A DNA stretch of 64,000 bases, taken from the NCBI GenBank assembly GCA_965214705.1, contig OZ243972.1:3904001-3968000 (forward strand), in the 5' to 3' direction. Below the pieces are notes generated by a model. It saw only the letters and a program-made list of their open reading frames with translations, did no database searches and was not told where the DNA came from. Positions 1-9,484 of this stretch are shown here, piece by piece (the first letter of the stretch is position 1; the number at the start of each line of letters is the position of its first letter). The DNA is from Alphaproteobacteria bacterium (lineage in GTDB: Bacteria > Pseudomonadota > Alphaproteobacteria > UBA828). The position numbers and the translations under genes are program-made.

Positions 1-533
1 GCGCCCTCGGCGTGCTCGCGGCAAGCCAGGGGACGATGAACAACGTCATCTTCGGCAACGACACGCACCAGTACTACGAGACCGTGTGCGGCGGCTCCGG
101 CGCGGGGCCGGGCTTCGACGGCACCTCGGCGGTGCACACGCACATGACCAACACGCGGCTCACCGACCCCGAAGTGCTGGAGTGGCGCTACCCGGTGATG
201 CTCGACACCTTCTCGGTGCGGCACGGCTCGGGTGGCGCGGGCGCCTATGTCGGCGGCTCGGGCTGCGACCGGCGCATCCGCTTCCTGGAGGACATGGAGC
301 TGGTCATCGTCTCCAACCACCGCATCGTGCCGCCCTACGGCATGGTCGGCGGCGAGCCCGGCCAGTGCGGCCGCAACTGGGTCGAACGGGCGGACGGCAC
401 GGTGACGGAGCTGTCGGGCCGGGACGGCACGCATGTGGGGCCGGGCGATGTCTTCGTGTTGCAGACACCGACCGGCGGCGGCTACGGGCCGGCGGCGGAG
501 CGGTCGGAGCCGCTGCCGGAAGCGGCCGAGTGA
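1..533 (+). CDS. Hydantoinase B/5-oxoprolinase family protein, C-terminal part (runs off window start)
   Basis: Motifs SQGTMNN, YYETVCGGSGAG, HTHMTNTRLTDPEVLE and TPTGGGYG, typical of the oxoprolinase C-terminus. Confidence 0.9.
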   Translation, partial: ALGVLAASQGTMNNVIFGNDTHQYYETVCGGSGAGPGFDGTSAVHTHMTNTRLTDPEVLEWRYPVMLDTFSVRHGSGGAGAYVGGSGCDRRIRFLEDMELVIVSNHRIVPPYGMVGGEPGQCGRNWVERADGTVTELSGRDGTHVGPGDVFVLQTPTGGGYGPAAERSEPLPEAAE

Positions 534-568
534 CTGTGAGCCAAACGAGAATCTAGGGGAGAACTGCC

Positions 569-964
569 ATGACGCTAACGCTCGACGAAGCCAACCGAGT
601 CGCCGAGGGCGCGATGGAACACGCGCGCAGTATCGATATTCTGGTCTGCGTCGCGGTCTGCGATGCAGGCGGTAAGCTGGTTTCGTTCCAGCGCATGGAC
701 GGCGCCATCTGGGCCGCCGTCTACGGCTGCCAGGGCAAGGCCGCTGCGTCGGCTGCGTTCGGCCGCCCGAGCGGTGACCTCACCGAGAGGGCGGACCATC
801 CCACCTTCCGCGGCATCGTCGCGAAAGACGGCGGCCACATGATCCTGGGCCGCGGTGCCGTGCCCATCGTGCGCGACGGCCAGGTCATCGGCGCCTGCGG
901 TGTCGGTGGCGGCACCGGCGAGGAGGACGAGGATTGCGCCAGGGCCGGCGTCGCTGGGCTCTGA
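569..964 (+). CDS. GlcG/HbpS family heme-binding protein
   Basis: VAVCDAGG..FQRMDGA...KA and GAVPIVRDGQVIGACGVGG motifs; GGGGAG RBS upstream. Confidence 0.85.
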   Translation: MTLTLDEANRVAEGAMEHARSIDILVCVAVCDAGGKLVSFQRMDGAIWAAVYGCQGKAAASAAFGRPSGDLTERADHPTFRGIVAKDGGHMILGRGAVPIVRDGQVIGACGVGGGTGEEDEDCARAGVAGL

Positions 965-997
965 GCGTCGGTCGAGCGGCGCACGGGACGCGGCCGC

Positions 998-2686
998 TCA
1001 GTCGTAGCGGTAGTCGCGCCGCGCGCCTTCCGGCGTAATCCAGCCTTCGCTCAGGTCTTCGGCAATCATGGCGGGGTCGCGCTCGGCGGGATCGCCGTAG
1101 CCGCCCGCGCCCGGCGCGATCAGGCGGATGCGGTCACCGGGGCCGATGGTCGCGTTGGCGAACTTGCTGGGCGAGGTCTTGCCGAAGGCCTCGGTGAAGG
1201 GGCGCCAGCCGTTGCCGCCGGCCTGCTGGTAGAAGAGCCCGCCCGTCGCCCCCGCGCCGCCGCCGAGCAGGCCCCAGGGGCGCATCTTGTGGCGGTCGGA
1301 GACCGAGCTCACGGTGATCTCCGTGTCCATGCAGCGCAGGATCTTGGCGAGTGCATGGGCGCCCCGGAACTGGCCGGGCCCGGCGGTGTCCGGCTGCAGC
1401 GCATACTCCTCGACCATCCACGGATAGCGCACCTCGAATACCTCGATCGGCACCATGCGCGAGTTGCCGTTGATGCAGTTGATGACCTCGTTGCCGTCGG
1501 CGAAGGGCCGCCCGCCCCAGGCGGCGCAGGTGAAGTCGTAGCAGACCACGTAGTCGCCCGAGCGCGGGTCGGTGGTGCCGAACAGGAAGTTGCTGTGGGT
1601 GCCCGCGTCGGTGGCGAAGGCGCGATCCGGCACGCACTGCGAAAGCGCGGCGATGATGGTGTAGGCGATGCGGATGTGGGTCTCGGTGTTGCCGCCGACA
1701 CAGGTCGCCGGATAGTCCGCGTTCACCATCGAGCCGCCGGGCGCCACGATCTTGATCGGGCGGAAGCAGCCGGAGTTCTTGAGGATCGACGGGTCGGTGA
1801 GGTGCAGGATCGCGTTGTAGGCAGAGGACCAGGCGACCGAGAGGACGGCGTTGATCGGCCCTTGCGCTTGCGCATCCGAGCCGCCGTAGTCGACCACCAC
1901 CTCGTCGCCCTGGACGTGGACATCGACGTGGATCTTGTATGGGCGGTCCTCGATGCCGTCGTCCTCCATGTAGTCGGCGAAGCTGTAGACCCCGTCGCGG
2001 AAGGCGGAGAGCTCGGCCCGCATGCGCGCCTCCGCATAGTCCATCAGGTCGTCCGAGGTCTTGCGGAAGGTGTCCGGCCCGTACTTCTCGATCAGGGCGG
2101 TGAGGCGCGCGGCGCCCACGTCGACGGCGCTGATGAGGGCACGGAAGTCGCCGTAGTTGGTGCGCGGCGTGCGGTAGTTGGCGAGCAGCAGCTTCCACAC
2201 CTCGATCACGTCCTCGCCGCGCTCCTTGATCTTGACCGGGGGGACGCGCATGCCCTCGTGGAAGATCTCGGTGGCCTCGCCGGCGAAGCCGCCGGGCACC
2301 ATGCCGCCCACCTCCGCCACGTGGCCGATGGCGACGGCGTAGCCCATGAGCTCGCCCCGGTAGAACACGGGCTTGATGAAGGTGTGCTCGGGCGTGTGCA
2401 TGCCGCCCCGGTAGGGGTCGTTGTGGACGATGACGTCGCCTTCCTCGACCTCGTCGTGCGGGATTTCCTGGGCGGAGGTCTGGAGGACGAGCGGCAGTCC
2501 GCCGATCTGCGAGGGGTTGAACTCGGCGACCCCGATCAGGTCGCCCCGCGTGTTGCCGAGGCCGCAGGTGAAGTCCAGGCCCTCGTTGAAGATGGTCGAG
2601 TAGGAGGTCTTCATCATCGTGATTCCCATCTCGCGGCAGATGGACACCATCGTGGAATCGATGATGTTCATGGTGACCATGTCCAT
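998..2686 (-). CDS. Hydantoinase B/oxoprolinase family protein
   Basis: YSTIFNEGLDF, HNDPYRGGMHTP, HVAEVGG and GAGGYGDP motifs; 562 aa. Confidence 0.9.
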   Translation of the reverse strand: MDMVTMNIIDSTMVSICREMGITMMKTSYSTIFNEGLDFTCGLGNTRGDLIGVAEFNPSQIGGLPLVLQTSAQEIPHDEVEEGDVIVHNDPYRGGMHTPEHTFIKPVFYRGELMGYAVAIGHVAEVGGMVPGGFAGEATEIFHEGMRVPPVKIKERGEDVIEVWKLLLANYRTPRTNYGDFRALISAVDVGAARLTALIEKYGPDTFRKTSDDLMDYAEARMRAELSAFRDGVYSFADYMEDDGIEDRPYKIHVDVHVQGDEVVVDYGGSDAQAQGPINAVLSVAWSSAYNAILHLTDPSILKNSGCFRPIKIVAPGGSMVNADYPATCVGGNTETHIRIAYTIIAALSQCVPDRAFATDAGTHSNFLFGTTDPRSGDYVVCYDFTCAAWGGRPFADGNEVINCINGNSRMVPIEVFEVRYPWMVEEYALQPDTAGPGQFRGAHALAKILRCMDTEITVSSVSDRHKMRPWGLLGGGAGATGGLFYQQAGGNGWRPFTEAFGKTSPSKFANATIGPGDRIRLIAPGAGGYGDPAERDPAMIAEDLSEGWITPEGARRDYRYD

Positions 2687-2810
2687 GGCCGGGGTCTCCT
2701 GAGGGGTGTCGCTCTCGGGGCGGCGGTCGCAACACTGGCGCAGGCCTCGCTAGGCCGCAAGCGGGTGGGTGCAGCGTGTGACCTCCAGTGACACATCCGG
2801 AGATCGAATT

Positions 2811-2870
2811 AAGTTGACTTAGAATCAACTTTATCGCATTCTCGGGGTCAGCAGTTGATTCACAATCAAC
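2811..2870. promoter_or_regulatory. Two palindromic operators (GTTGA-N7-TCAAC) overlapping a putative promoter of the DUF4258/HTH module
   Basis: AAGTTGACTTAGAATCAACTT at 2811-2831 and GTTGATTCACAATCAAC at 2854-2870; TTGACT (2814) then 17 bp then CATTCT (2837). Confidence 0.6.
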
Positions 2871-3015
2871 CTGTTTGGTGCCATGCGGCATGTGCCATGC
2901 GGCATGTCCAAGTCGGGAAGCGCGGCGAATGAGCGTTCGCGTTAGAGACATCAAGGGAGGCAAGACATGCTCGATCTAGCAAGAAGGCGGCGAAGAGCCG
3001 CGCGGAGACGTACAA

Positions 3016-3330
3016 ATGCAAAAAGGCACACCGCCCGATAGGTTTCGTGCAGACTACAGAAACTTCTTTCGGGATTTTCCCAATTTCAGTATCGAGTTAA
3101 CAAAACATGCGCGCACTCGAATGGAGCAACGGGATATTCGACTGCCGCAAATACGAACGGTCTTGATGACGGGATCAATATTGCCCGTCGAACCTGATAT
3201 TCGCACAGGGCTTGACAAGTATCGGGTGTTTGGCCGTGACGCAGATGGTCGGAGCTTGGAGGTTGTGGCCATTCTAAGAGAAGTCGGACTCGGCTGTGTC
3301 GTCATCATGACGGTAATTCACCGAGGCTGA
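3016..3330 (+). CDS. DUF4258 domain protein (putative RelE-like toxin)
   Basis: LTKHARTRMEQRDI...KYRVFG...VVIMTV pattern; lower GC than the flanks. Confidence 0.75.
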   Translation: MQKGTPPDRFRADYRNFFRDFPNFSIELTKHARTRMEQRDIRLPQIRTVLMTGSILPVEPDIRTGLDKYRVFGRDADGRSLEVVAILREVGLGCVVIMTVIHRG

Positions 3331-3462
3331 GCACTGATGGTTGTAGCTGACGCGGGGAGTCCTGACATAGTGGTTAGAGGCCACTAGGGGAGGGAGAGGA
3401 AAGGCAGGGGAACCAAGTTAGAAGGCAGTTCAGACTTGGGTCTCCCCTGATCCGAAGGAGAC

Positions 3463-3957
3463 ATGCACAAGACGAGGGAATACGACGCCACGGTCGAGAT
3501 GGGACTACCTGTGACCCTGATCGACACCGTCCGAGAGGACGACGACGGCAACCTGGAAATACCGAACCTGGACATGCTGCTGGCGACCGTCGCCGTGGCC
3601 CGCGTGCTCGCGCCGGTTCAGCTGGTGGGGGCGGAACTCCGTTTCCTACGCCATGTTCTACACCTGACGGGCGCCGAGTTCGCTCGCGCGATTGACCTTA
3701 GCGACAAGACCGTCGTTTCGCGCTGGGAGAACGGCAAGACCCGACCCGGTGGCTACACGGAAAAGATCATCCGGCAACTGATCCTGAATTTGCTGGGTTC
3801 CCGCGCGCCCGGCATCGACATTCCGGACAACGCGATCCCCGGAATGGTGATCCGGCAACGCGAGGCCTCAGAAGGTCCGCTGCCGATGGCATTTGCCTTC
3901 AAAAGCCGCTCGGGGTCGGAGGGTCAGTCTATAGATTGTTACGCCGAGGCTGCCTGA
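3463..3957 (+). CDS. XRE-family HTH protein (MqsA-like putative antitoxin)
   Basis: LVGAELRFLRHVLHLTGAEFARAI..TVVSRWENG helix-turn-helix; AAGGAG RBS. Confidence 0.75.
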   Translation: MHKTREYDATVEMGLPVTLIDTVREDDDGNLEIPNLDMLLATVAVARVLAPVQLVGAELRFLRHVLHLTGAEFARAIDLSDKTVVSRWENGKTRPGGYTEKIIRQLILNLLGSRAPGIDIPDNAIPGMVIRQREASEGPLPMAFAFKSRSGSEGQSIDCYAEAA

Positions 3958-3991
3958 CAGTTGATCGCGGCGTTCGCTGTGTCTTCGGCCG

Positions 3992-4336
3992 TCAGTCGAA
4001 GGGAGCGAGGCTCGCCTGCGCCTTGCGTGTGAGGCCCTTGCGCACGATGCGGTAGGAATCCGCGAGCCGCTGGCGTAGCTCGTCCTCCGGCAGATCCAAG
4101 GGAACGTTGATCCAGGAGCGGTGGAAGTAGGGCGCCTTGCGGCCCACGCCCATCTCGATCAGCATCTCGGCGGTCTCGATGCTGTCGGTCTTGATGTTGA
4201 CGCCCGGCAGCTTCGAGCCGATGCAGGCGAACATCTTACCGCCCACCTTCCAGGCGTCGTGCCCGCCGCCCCAGGGATCCGACAGCTCGGCGCCGGGAAA
4301 CGTCTCGCAGATCGCGTTGATCGTATCGCGGCTCAT
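3992..4336 (-). CDS. MmcQ/YjbR family DNA-binding protein
   Basis: PWGGGHDAWKVGGKMFA, KAPYFHRSWI and SYRIVRKGLTRK motifs. Confidence 0.85.
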   Translation of the reverse strand: MSRDTINAICETFPGAELSDPWGGGHDAWKVGGKMFACIGSKLPGVNIKTDSIETAEMLIEMGVGRKAPYFHRSWINVPLDLPEDELRQRLADSYRIVRKGLTRKAQASLAPFD

Positions 4337-4363
4337 CCGTCGCCTCCCGCTTCCCGCAAGGGA

Positions 4364-5479
4364 TCAGACGAAGATGTCGTCCGGCAGGATCGCGGAGACC
4401 ACGGTGTTGGGCACCGCCGCGATGCCGTCCACGGTCACGTCGACGCCCACGCTCGCGATCACATAGGCCTGCATCCGCGTGAAGCCGCGCTCGTGCACCA
4501 GGTGGTCGATCACGTTGAGCAGCGCGTTCTTGGTCGCGAGATTAATGTCCTCGGCGCGGTTGGCGCCGTCGCTCTCGATGCAGAGCCCGGTGGTGGCGTA
4601 GTAGCCGCCGCGCTCCAGCGCGTGGCCTACCGGCGCCGTGTCCTTGCGCGAATAGTGGATGTCTCGGATGCCGCGCTCGGCGGCGAGGCCCTTGCGCAGA
4701 TCGAAGCGCACGCGCAGCGTCGGGTCGGTCTCGATGGCCGTGCCGCAGCACTCGCTGCTGCCCTGGGCGAAGTGGCCGTCGCCCGCCGAGAACAGCGCGC
4801 CTTCGGTGTAGACCGGGAAGTAAACCGTGGTGCCGGCGGTCATCTGCTTGGTGTCGAAATTGCCGCCATGCTCGCGGGGCGGCATGGTGCGGAGCGCCTC
4901 GCCGTCGATGACCGGGTTGCGTGTGATCGCGCACTCGGCCGAAGGCGGCAGCGCCATACCGCCGGCGGCGAGGAGGTCGTTCTCCCGCGCCGCGATGCGC
5001 GCCAGCAGCTCGTGTGAGGGGGCGACCCCCATCACGCCCATGAACGGTGCGCCGGGGATTCGCACGCCCGGTATCTCCTCGCAGACGGCGCCGCCCGCGT
5101 CCTGCTCCCATTTGGCGAGGAAGGGCTCGGTGAAGACGTCGCGCAGGTAGCCGAAGCCCGGAATCGCAAGAGTGAAGCCGAAGTCGCCGGGGTTCACGTC
5201 CAGGATGTCGACGACCAGCAGATCGCCCGGTTCCGCGTCCTTGACGCAGATCGGGCCGGTGAGCGGATGCACCAGGTTGAGGTCCAGCCGCAGGAGATCG
5301 TCCAGGGTCGAGTCACGCGAAATCTGCTGGTCGCCGCCGTCCCGCGTCTCCATGAGCACCTCGTCGCCCGGCTCGATGGTGAGGATGGGCGGAATGTCCG
5401 GGTGCCAGCGGTTGTGGCCGGTCCCCGGCTCGTCGGAAAGCGTCTTGGACTGGTCGATGCGAATCTCGTGTGTCGCCAT
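4364..5479 (-). CDS. Acetamidase/formamidase family protein
   Basis: HNRWHPDIPP, HPLTGP, PPREHGGNFD and GDGHFAQG; start set at ATG 5479 after a GGAG RBS. Confidence 0.9.
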   Translation of the reverse strand: MATHEIRIDQSKTLSDEPGTGHNRWHPDIPPILTIEPGDEVLMETRDGGDQQISRDSTLDDLLRLDLNLVHPLTGPICVKDAEPGDLLVVDILDVNPGDFGFTLAIPGFGYLRDVFTEPFLAKWEQDAGGAVCEEIPGVRIPGAPFMGVMGVAPSHELLARIAARENDLLAAGGMALPPSAECAITRNPVIDGEALRTMPPREHGGNFDTKQMTAGTTVYFPVYTEGALFSAGDGHFAQGSSECCGTAIETDPTLRVRFDLRKGLAAERGIRDIHYSRKDTAPVGHALERGGYYATTGLCIESDGANRAEDINLATKNALLNVIDHLVHERGFTRMQAYVIASVGVDVTVDGIAAVPNTVVSAILPDDIFV

Positions 5480-5788
5480 CTCGGGTCTCCTCGCGGGAAT
5501 TCTGGGACGCTCGACGATCAGGAGCGCTCCGATCTTACACGGCCGTCGAGGAGCGTGGGAGCCGGTGCCCCCGGTTTGAGGCTGCGAAGTGCTTGGGCGC
5601 ACGATGCAGGCTGTGACCGTGGTGAGGAAAGCGATATGACGCCACGTCGGAAGCGGTTGTCCCCGTTGCCCGTTTTGGCGAGACTTCATTGGAGGGTGCT
5701 GCCCTTGCAGGCGCACGCGATCGATGACACCGGGCGGATGAATGGGAATGAACATGGCGCCGGAATCCAGCCACCCCATGCTCGTGTC

Positions 5789-6430
5789 ATGAGACGCTGC
5801 GTTCTCCCTCTCCTGGCAATGATTCTGGTCGCACTGCCGGCGCACGCCGAGCCGCTGGTTCTCGAATGGCCCTCGCGCGGCGACAGCGGGGACTGGGAGA
5901 TCGAAGAGTTCGAGGGCGAGACCCGCTATCAAGTGGTCAAGATCGACGGGCGGCGCGTGCTGGAGGCCGACAGCTCTGCCACGGCGTCGAGCCTCTATCT
6001 CGAGCGGGAGATCGATATCGCGGCGACGCCGATCCTCGAATGGAGCTGGCGGATCGAGAGGCCGCTCGAGGTTGACGACGAGCGGATCAAGGACGGCGAC
6101 GACTACGCCGCCCGGGTCTATGTGGTGGCGCCCGGAGAGGGACTGTTTGGTTTGCCCCGAGCTATCAACTACGTGTGGGCCAACCGCGCGGAGATCGGCG
6201 ACAGCTGGCCCAATCCCTTCACCTCCAAGGTGATGATGGTCGCGATGGATACCGGGGATGCCGATGCGGGCACCTGGCGCACCCACCGGCGGGACGTGCG
6301 CGCCGACTTCCTCCGCCTGTTCGACATGGAGGTCGACGAGCTCGAAGGCATCGCGGTCATGACCGACTCCGATAACTGCGGGCAGAGCGCCCGTGCCTGG
6401 TACGGAGAGTTGGCGTTCCACCCCGAGTAG
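5789..6430 (+). CDS. DUF3047 domain exported protein
   Basis: Signal peptide ending AHA; TPILEWSWR, GDDYAARVYV, INYVWA and IAVMTDSDN motifs. Confidence 0.85.
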   Translation: MRRCVLPLLAMILVALPAHAEPLVLEWPSRGDSGDWEIEEFEGETRYQVVKIDGRRVLEADSSATASSLYLEREIDIAATPILEWSWRIERPLEVDDERIKDGDDYAARVYVVAPGEGLFGLPRAINYVWANRAEIGDSWPNPFTSKVMMVAMDTGDADAGTWRTHRRDVRADFLRLFDMEVDELEGIAVMTDSDNCGQSARAWYGELAFHPE

Positions 6431-6494
6431 CGGAGGCCGCCTTGATCGGGGCGGGGGGCTGTGGTTGTTTGGTCCGAGCCACCCGCGAGTTCCC

Positions 6495-7379
6495 ATGAAT
6501 CTGCACCGCACCTATCTGTTCGCCCCCGGCAATCATCCGCGCAAGGTCGCCAAGGTCTTTGGCGCGGGCGCCGATGCGGTGGTGCTCGACCTCGAAGACG
6601 CGGTGGCCGCGGCGGAGAAGGAGGCCACGCGTGCGGTTGTCGTCGAGGCGCTACAGGCGCCGCGCCCCTGCCTCGGCTATGTGCGGGTGAACGGGCTCGA
6701 TACCGACTATTGCTACGGCGATCTCCAGGCCGTCGTCGCGGCGGGCGTGGACGGCATCCTGCTGCCCAAGGTCGAAGCGCCCGACCAGCTGGAGACGGTG
6801 GACTGGCTGCTCGGCCAGCTGGAGCGCGAGCGGGGGCTGGAACAGGGCGCGATCGACCTGTTGCCGATCATCGAGACTGGCCACGGCGTCGCCGCCGCCC
6901 AGGCAATTGCCGGCGCGGAGACGCGGGTACGCCGGCTCTCCTTCGGTGCCGGCGACTACACCCGCGACATGGGCATGGTCTGGACCGGGGCGGAGGCCGA
7001 GCTTGCGCACGCACGCGCGTGCATCGTGCTCGCCTCCCGCGTCGGCGGGCTGGAGGCGCCCATCGACACGGTCTTCATCGACCTCGCGGATGACGAGAAC
7101 CTGGAGCGCTCGGCCGAGACCGCGCTCAGCTTCGGCTTCCAGGGCAAGCTCTGCATCCACCCCAAGCAGGTGGAGCCGGTAAACCGGGTGTTCACACCGA
7201 GTGCTGATGCCGTGGCCCAGGCGGAGAAGCATGTTGCCGCCTTCAAGGAGGCGGAGGCGGCGGGCTCCGCCTCGATTCAGGTGGATGGATACTTCATCGA
7301 TTACCCGATCTACGAGAAGGCCGAGCGGGTGCTGCGGATCGCGGAGGCGATCCGGCAGCGGGACGCGCAGGCCGGCTGA
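6495..7379 (+). CDS. CitE/malyl-CoA lyase-like CoA ester lyase (HpcH/HpaI family)
   Basis: RTYLFAPG, DAVVLDLEDAV, YVRVN, LPKVE, IIET and GKLCIHPKQ. Confidence 0.9.
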   Translation: MNLHRTYLFAPGNHPRKVAKVFGAGADAVVLDLEDAVAAAEKEATRAVVVEALQAPRPCLGYVRVNGLDTDYCYGDLQAVVAAGVDGILLPKVEAPDQLETVDWLLGQLERERGLEQGAIDLLPIIETGHGVAAAQAIAGAETRVRRLSFGAGDYTRDMGMVWTGAEAELAHARACIVLASRVGGLEAPIDTVFIDLADDENLERSAETALSFGFQGKLCIHPKQVEPVNRVFTPSADAVAQAEKHVAAFKEAEAAGSASIQVDGYFIDYPIYEKAERVLRIAEAIRQRDAQAG

Positions 7380-7393
7380 ACGGGAGACGCGGG

Positions 7394-8941
7394 ATGTTGA
7401 TGTCCGGCGAGGAATACCGGGAGTCGCTCAGGCGGCTCACGCCCAGGGTCTATGTCGATGGCGACGAGGTCGCCTCCGTCGCCGACGAGCCCCGCTTCGG
7501 GCCGGGAGTCGCAGCGCTGGGACTGGTGTACGATTTCGCGCGCGACGAGCAGCACAAGCACACCATGGCGGCGGTGGAGGAGAGCACCGGCGCCGAGGTC
7601 CACCGCTTCCTCCACATCAACCGCTCGACCACCGACCAGCTCCACAAGCTGGAGGCGGTGCGCCTCGTCTGCCAATACACCGGCTGCGCCCAGCGCTACC
7701 TGACCCAGGACGGCCTCAACGCCATTCACCAGACGACCTGGCGCATCGATCAGGAGACCGGCAGCGCGCTCCACGAGCGCTTCCTCGCCTACCTCCATCG
7801 GGTGCAGGCGGAGGACCTCACCCTCGGCGTCGCCATGACCGACGGCAAGGGCGACCGCTCGCGCCGCCCCCACGCCCAAGCCGTGCGCGACTCCTACGTG
7901 CACATCGCCCGTCGCCGGCCCGACGGCATCGTGATCCGGGGGGCCAAGGCGATCGTCACCGCCGCGCCCTACGTCCACGAGTACCTGGTCATGCCCTGTC
8001 GCAACATGACAGAGGACGACAAGGACTTCGCGGTCTGCTGCGCGGTGCCGGTGGACGCGGACGGTGTCACCATTGTCGCGCGGCCGGCGGGCCGGCCCGG
8101 AGAGAAGGCGGCCACGTTCAGCGCGCGCTACGGCCAGTCCACCGGCGTGGTGATCTTCGACGACGTATTCGTGCCGTGGGAGCGCGTGTTTCTCGCTGGC
8201 GAGTGGGAGCACTCGCAGTATCTGACCCAGGCCTACGCCACCCATCACCGGCATTCGTGCATCGGCGCGCGCGCAGGCTTCGGCGACCTCCTGATCGGCG
8301 CCGGCGTGCTGATGGCCGAGGCCAACGGGCTCGAAGTCGAGCGCACCTCGCACCTGCGCGACCGCATGGTGGAGTTGATAAAGATCGTCGAAGGCTTCTA
8401 TGCCTGCGGCGTCGCGAGCTCGGTGTACGCGACGGCGGACGGCTCCGGCTGCGTGGAGCCCGACCGCGTGTTCGCAAACATCGGCAAGCTGCTGCTGTCG
8501 ACGCAGATCTACGACATGCACCGCATCGCCCACGAGGTCTCGGGCGGGCTGGTCGTGGCCCTGCCGGGGCCGGACGAGGACCACAACCCGGCGACCGCAG
8601 GAACGCTTGCCGAGATGCTGAAGGGGAGGGAGGACCTGCCCTACAGCGAGCGCATGGAGGTTGCGCGCCTGATCGAGGACCTGACCGCCTCCGGCACCGC
8701 CGGCTGGTACTCGGTCATCAGCCTGCACGGCGGCGGCTCGCCGCAGGCCACGGGGCTCGAAATCTTCCGCAGCTATCCGGTCGAGGACAAGGTGGCGCTG
8801 GTGGAGAAGCTGCTCGACCGGGGCGTGCTCGCCGACGAGAGCGAGGCGGAGAGCCGCGACCGCCAGCCGGGGCGGTGCTGCCCCATCGGCTGCAAGGAGC
8901 CGGCGGAGGCGCCGGCCCTGCCGAAACGCGCACACAACTGA
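7394..8941 (+). CDS. 4-hydroxybutyryl-CoA dehydratase / HpaB-fold family protein
   Basis: AMTDGKGDRSRRP, GIVIRGAK, FDDVFVPWERVFL and SLHGGGSP motifs. Confidence 0.85.
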   Translation: MLMSGEEYRESLRRLTPRVYVDGDEVASVADEPRFGPGVAALGLVYDFARDEQHKHTMAAVEESTGAEVHRFLHINRSTTDQLHKLEAVRLVCQYTGCAQRYLTQDGLNAIHQTTWRIDQETGSALHERFLAYLHRVQAEDLTLGVAMTDGKGDRSRRPHAQAVRDSYVHIARRRPDGIVIRGAKAIVTAAPYVHEYLVMPCRNMTEDDKDFAVCCAVPVDADGVTIVARPAGRPGEKAATFSARYGQSTGVVIFDDVFVPWERVFLAGEWEHSQYLTQAYATHHRHSCIGARAGFGDLLIGAGVLMAEANGLEVERTSHLRDRMVELIKIVEGFYACGVASSVYATADGSGCVEPDRVFANIGKLLLSTQIYDMHRIAHEVSGGLVVALPGPDEDHNPATAGTLAEMLKGREDLPYSERMEVARLIEDLTASGTAGWYSVISLHGGGSPQATGLEIFRSYPVEDKVALVEKLLDRGVLADESEAESRDRQPGRCCPIGCKEPAEAPALPKRAHN

Positions 8942-8976
8942 ACACATAACCTGAACAGCCAAAGGAAAAACAGACC

Positions 8977-9465
8977 ATGTCCGTCGAACAACGCCTTCAG
9001 CGCCTGGAAGACATCGAGGCAATCAAGCAGCTCATCGCCCGCTACATGACGGCGGCGGATAAGAATGGCGATCCGGCGTTGATGGCGCCCTGCTTCACCG
9101 AGGACGCCATCTGGAACGCCGAAGGGATCGGGCGTTGGGAGGGCCGGGACAACATCGTCCAGGGTCTGCACGAGACCTCCACCAAGGTGCTCTCATGGGC
9201 GCTGCATTACGCGACCCAGCCGATCATCGAGGTTGCGGACGACGGTCAGAGCGCCACCGGCGAGTACTACCTGTGGGAGCTCGCGAAGGCGGTGCAGGAG
9301 GACGGCAGCCCGGACCAGGACACTTGGATCGGCGGCTGGTACGAGTCCAAGTTCCGCAAGGAGGGCGGTGACTGGAAGTTCAGCCACATCGAGCTGATCC
9401 TCAAACTGCTGAGCCCCGCCAACGCGCCATCGTGGGAGACGCCGATCCCGCCCTGGAAGGGCTAA
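8977..9465 (+). CDS. SnoaL-like (NTF2 fold, SnoaL_4) protein, copy 1
   Basis: RLQRLEDIEAIKQLIARY..D, FTEDA.W and H...P.IEV motifs. Confidence 0.85.
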   Translation: MSVEQRLQRLEDIEAIKQLIARYMTAADKNGDPALMAPCFTEDAIWNAEGIGRWEGRDNIVQGLHETSTKVLSWALHYATQPIIEVADDGQSATGEYYLWELAKAVQEDGSPDQDTWIGGWYESKFRKEGGDWKFSHIELILKLLSPANAPSWETPIPPWKG

Positions 9466-9484
9466 CCGCGCAAGGGAGGCGCCC

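Noticed and set aside
1134-2963. Long overlapping ORFs of 500-650 aa here and throughout the window (e.g. 7201-8949, 34530-36497, 55799-57655)
   Set aside because: Arg/Pro/Gly-rich shadow or antisense frames of real genes, expected at high GC; no recognisable motifs.
5480-6511. 715-aa version of the amidase ORF suggesting a fusion
   Set aside because: The extension is the antisense of the DUF3047 gene; a good RBS and ATG sit at 5479.
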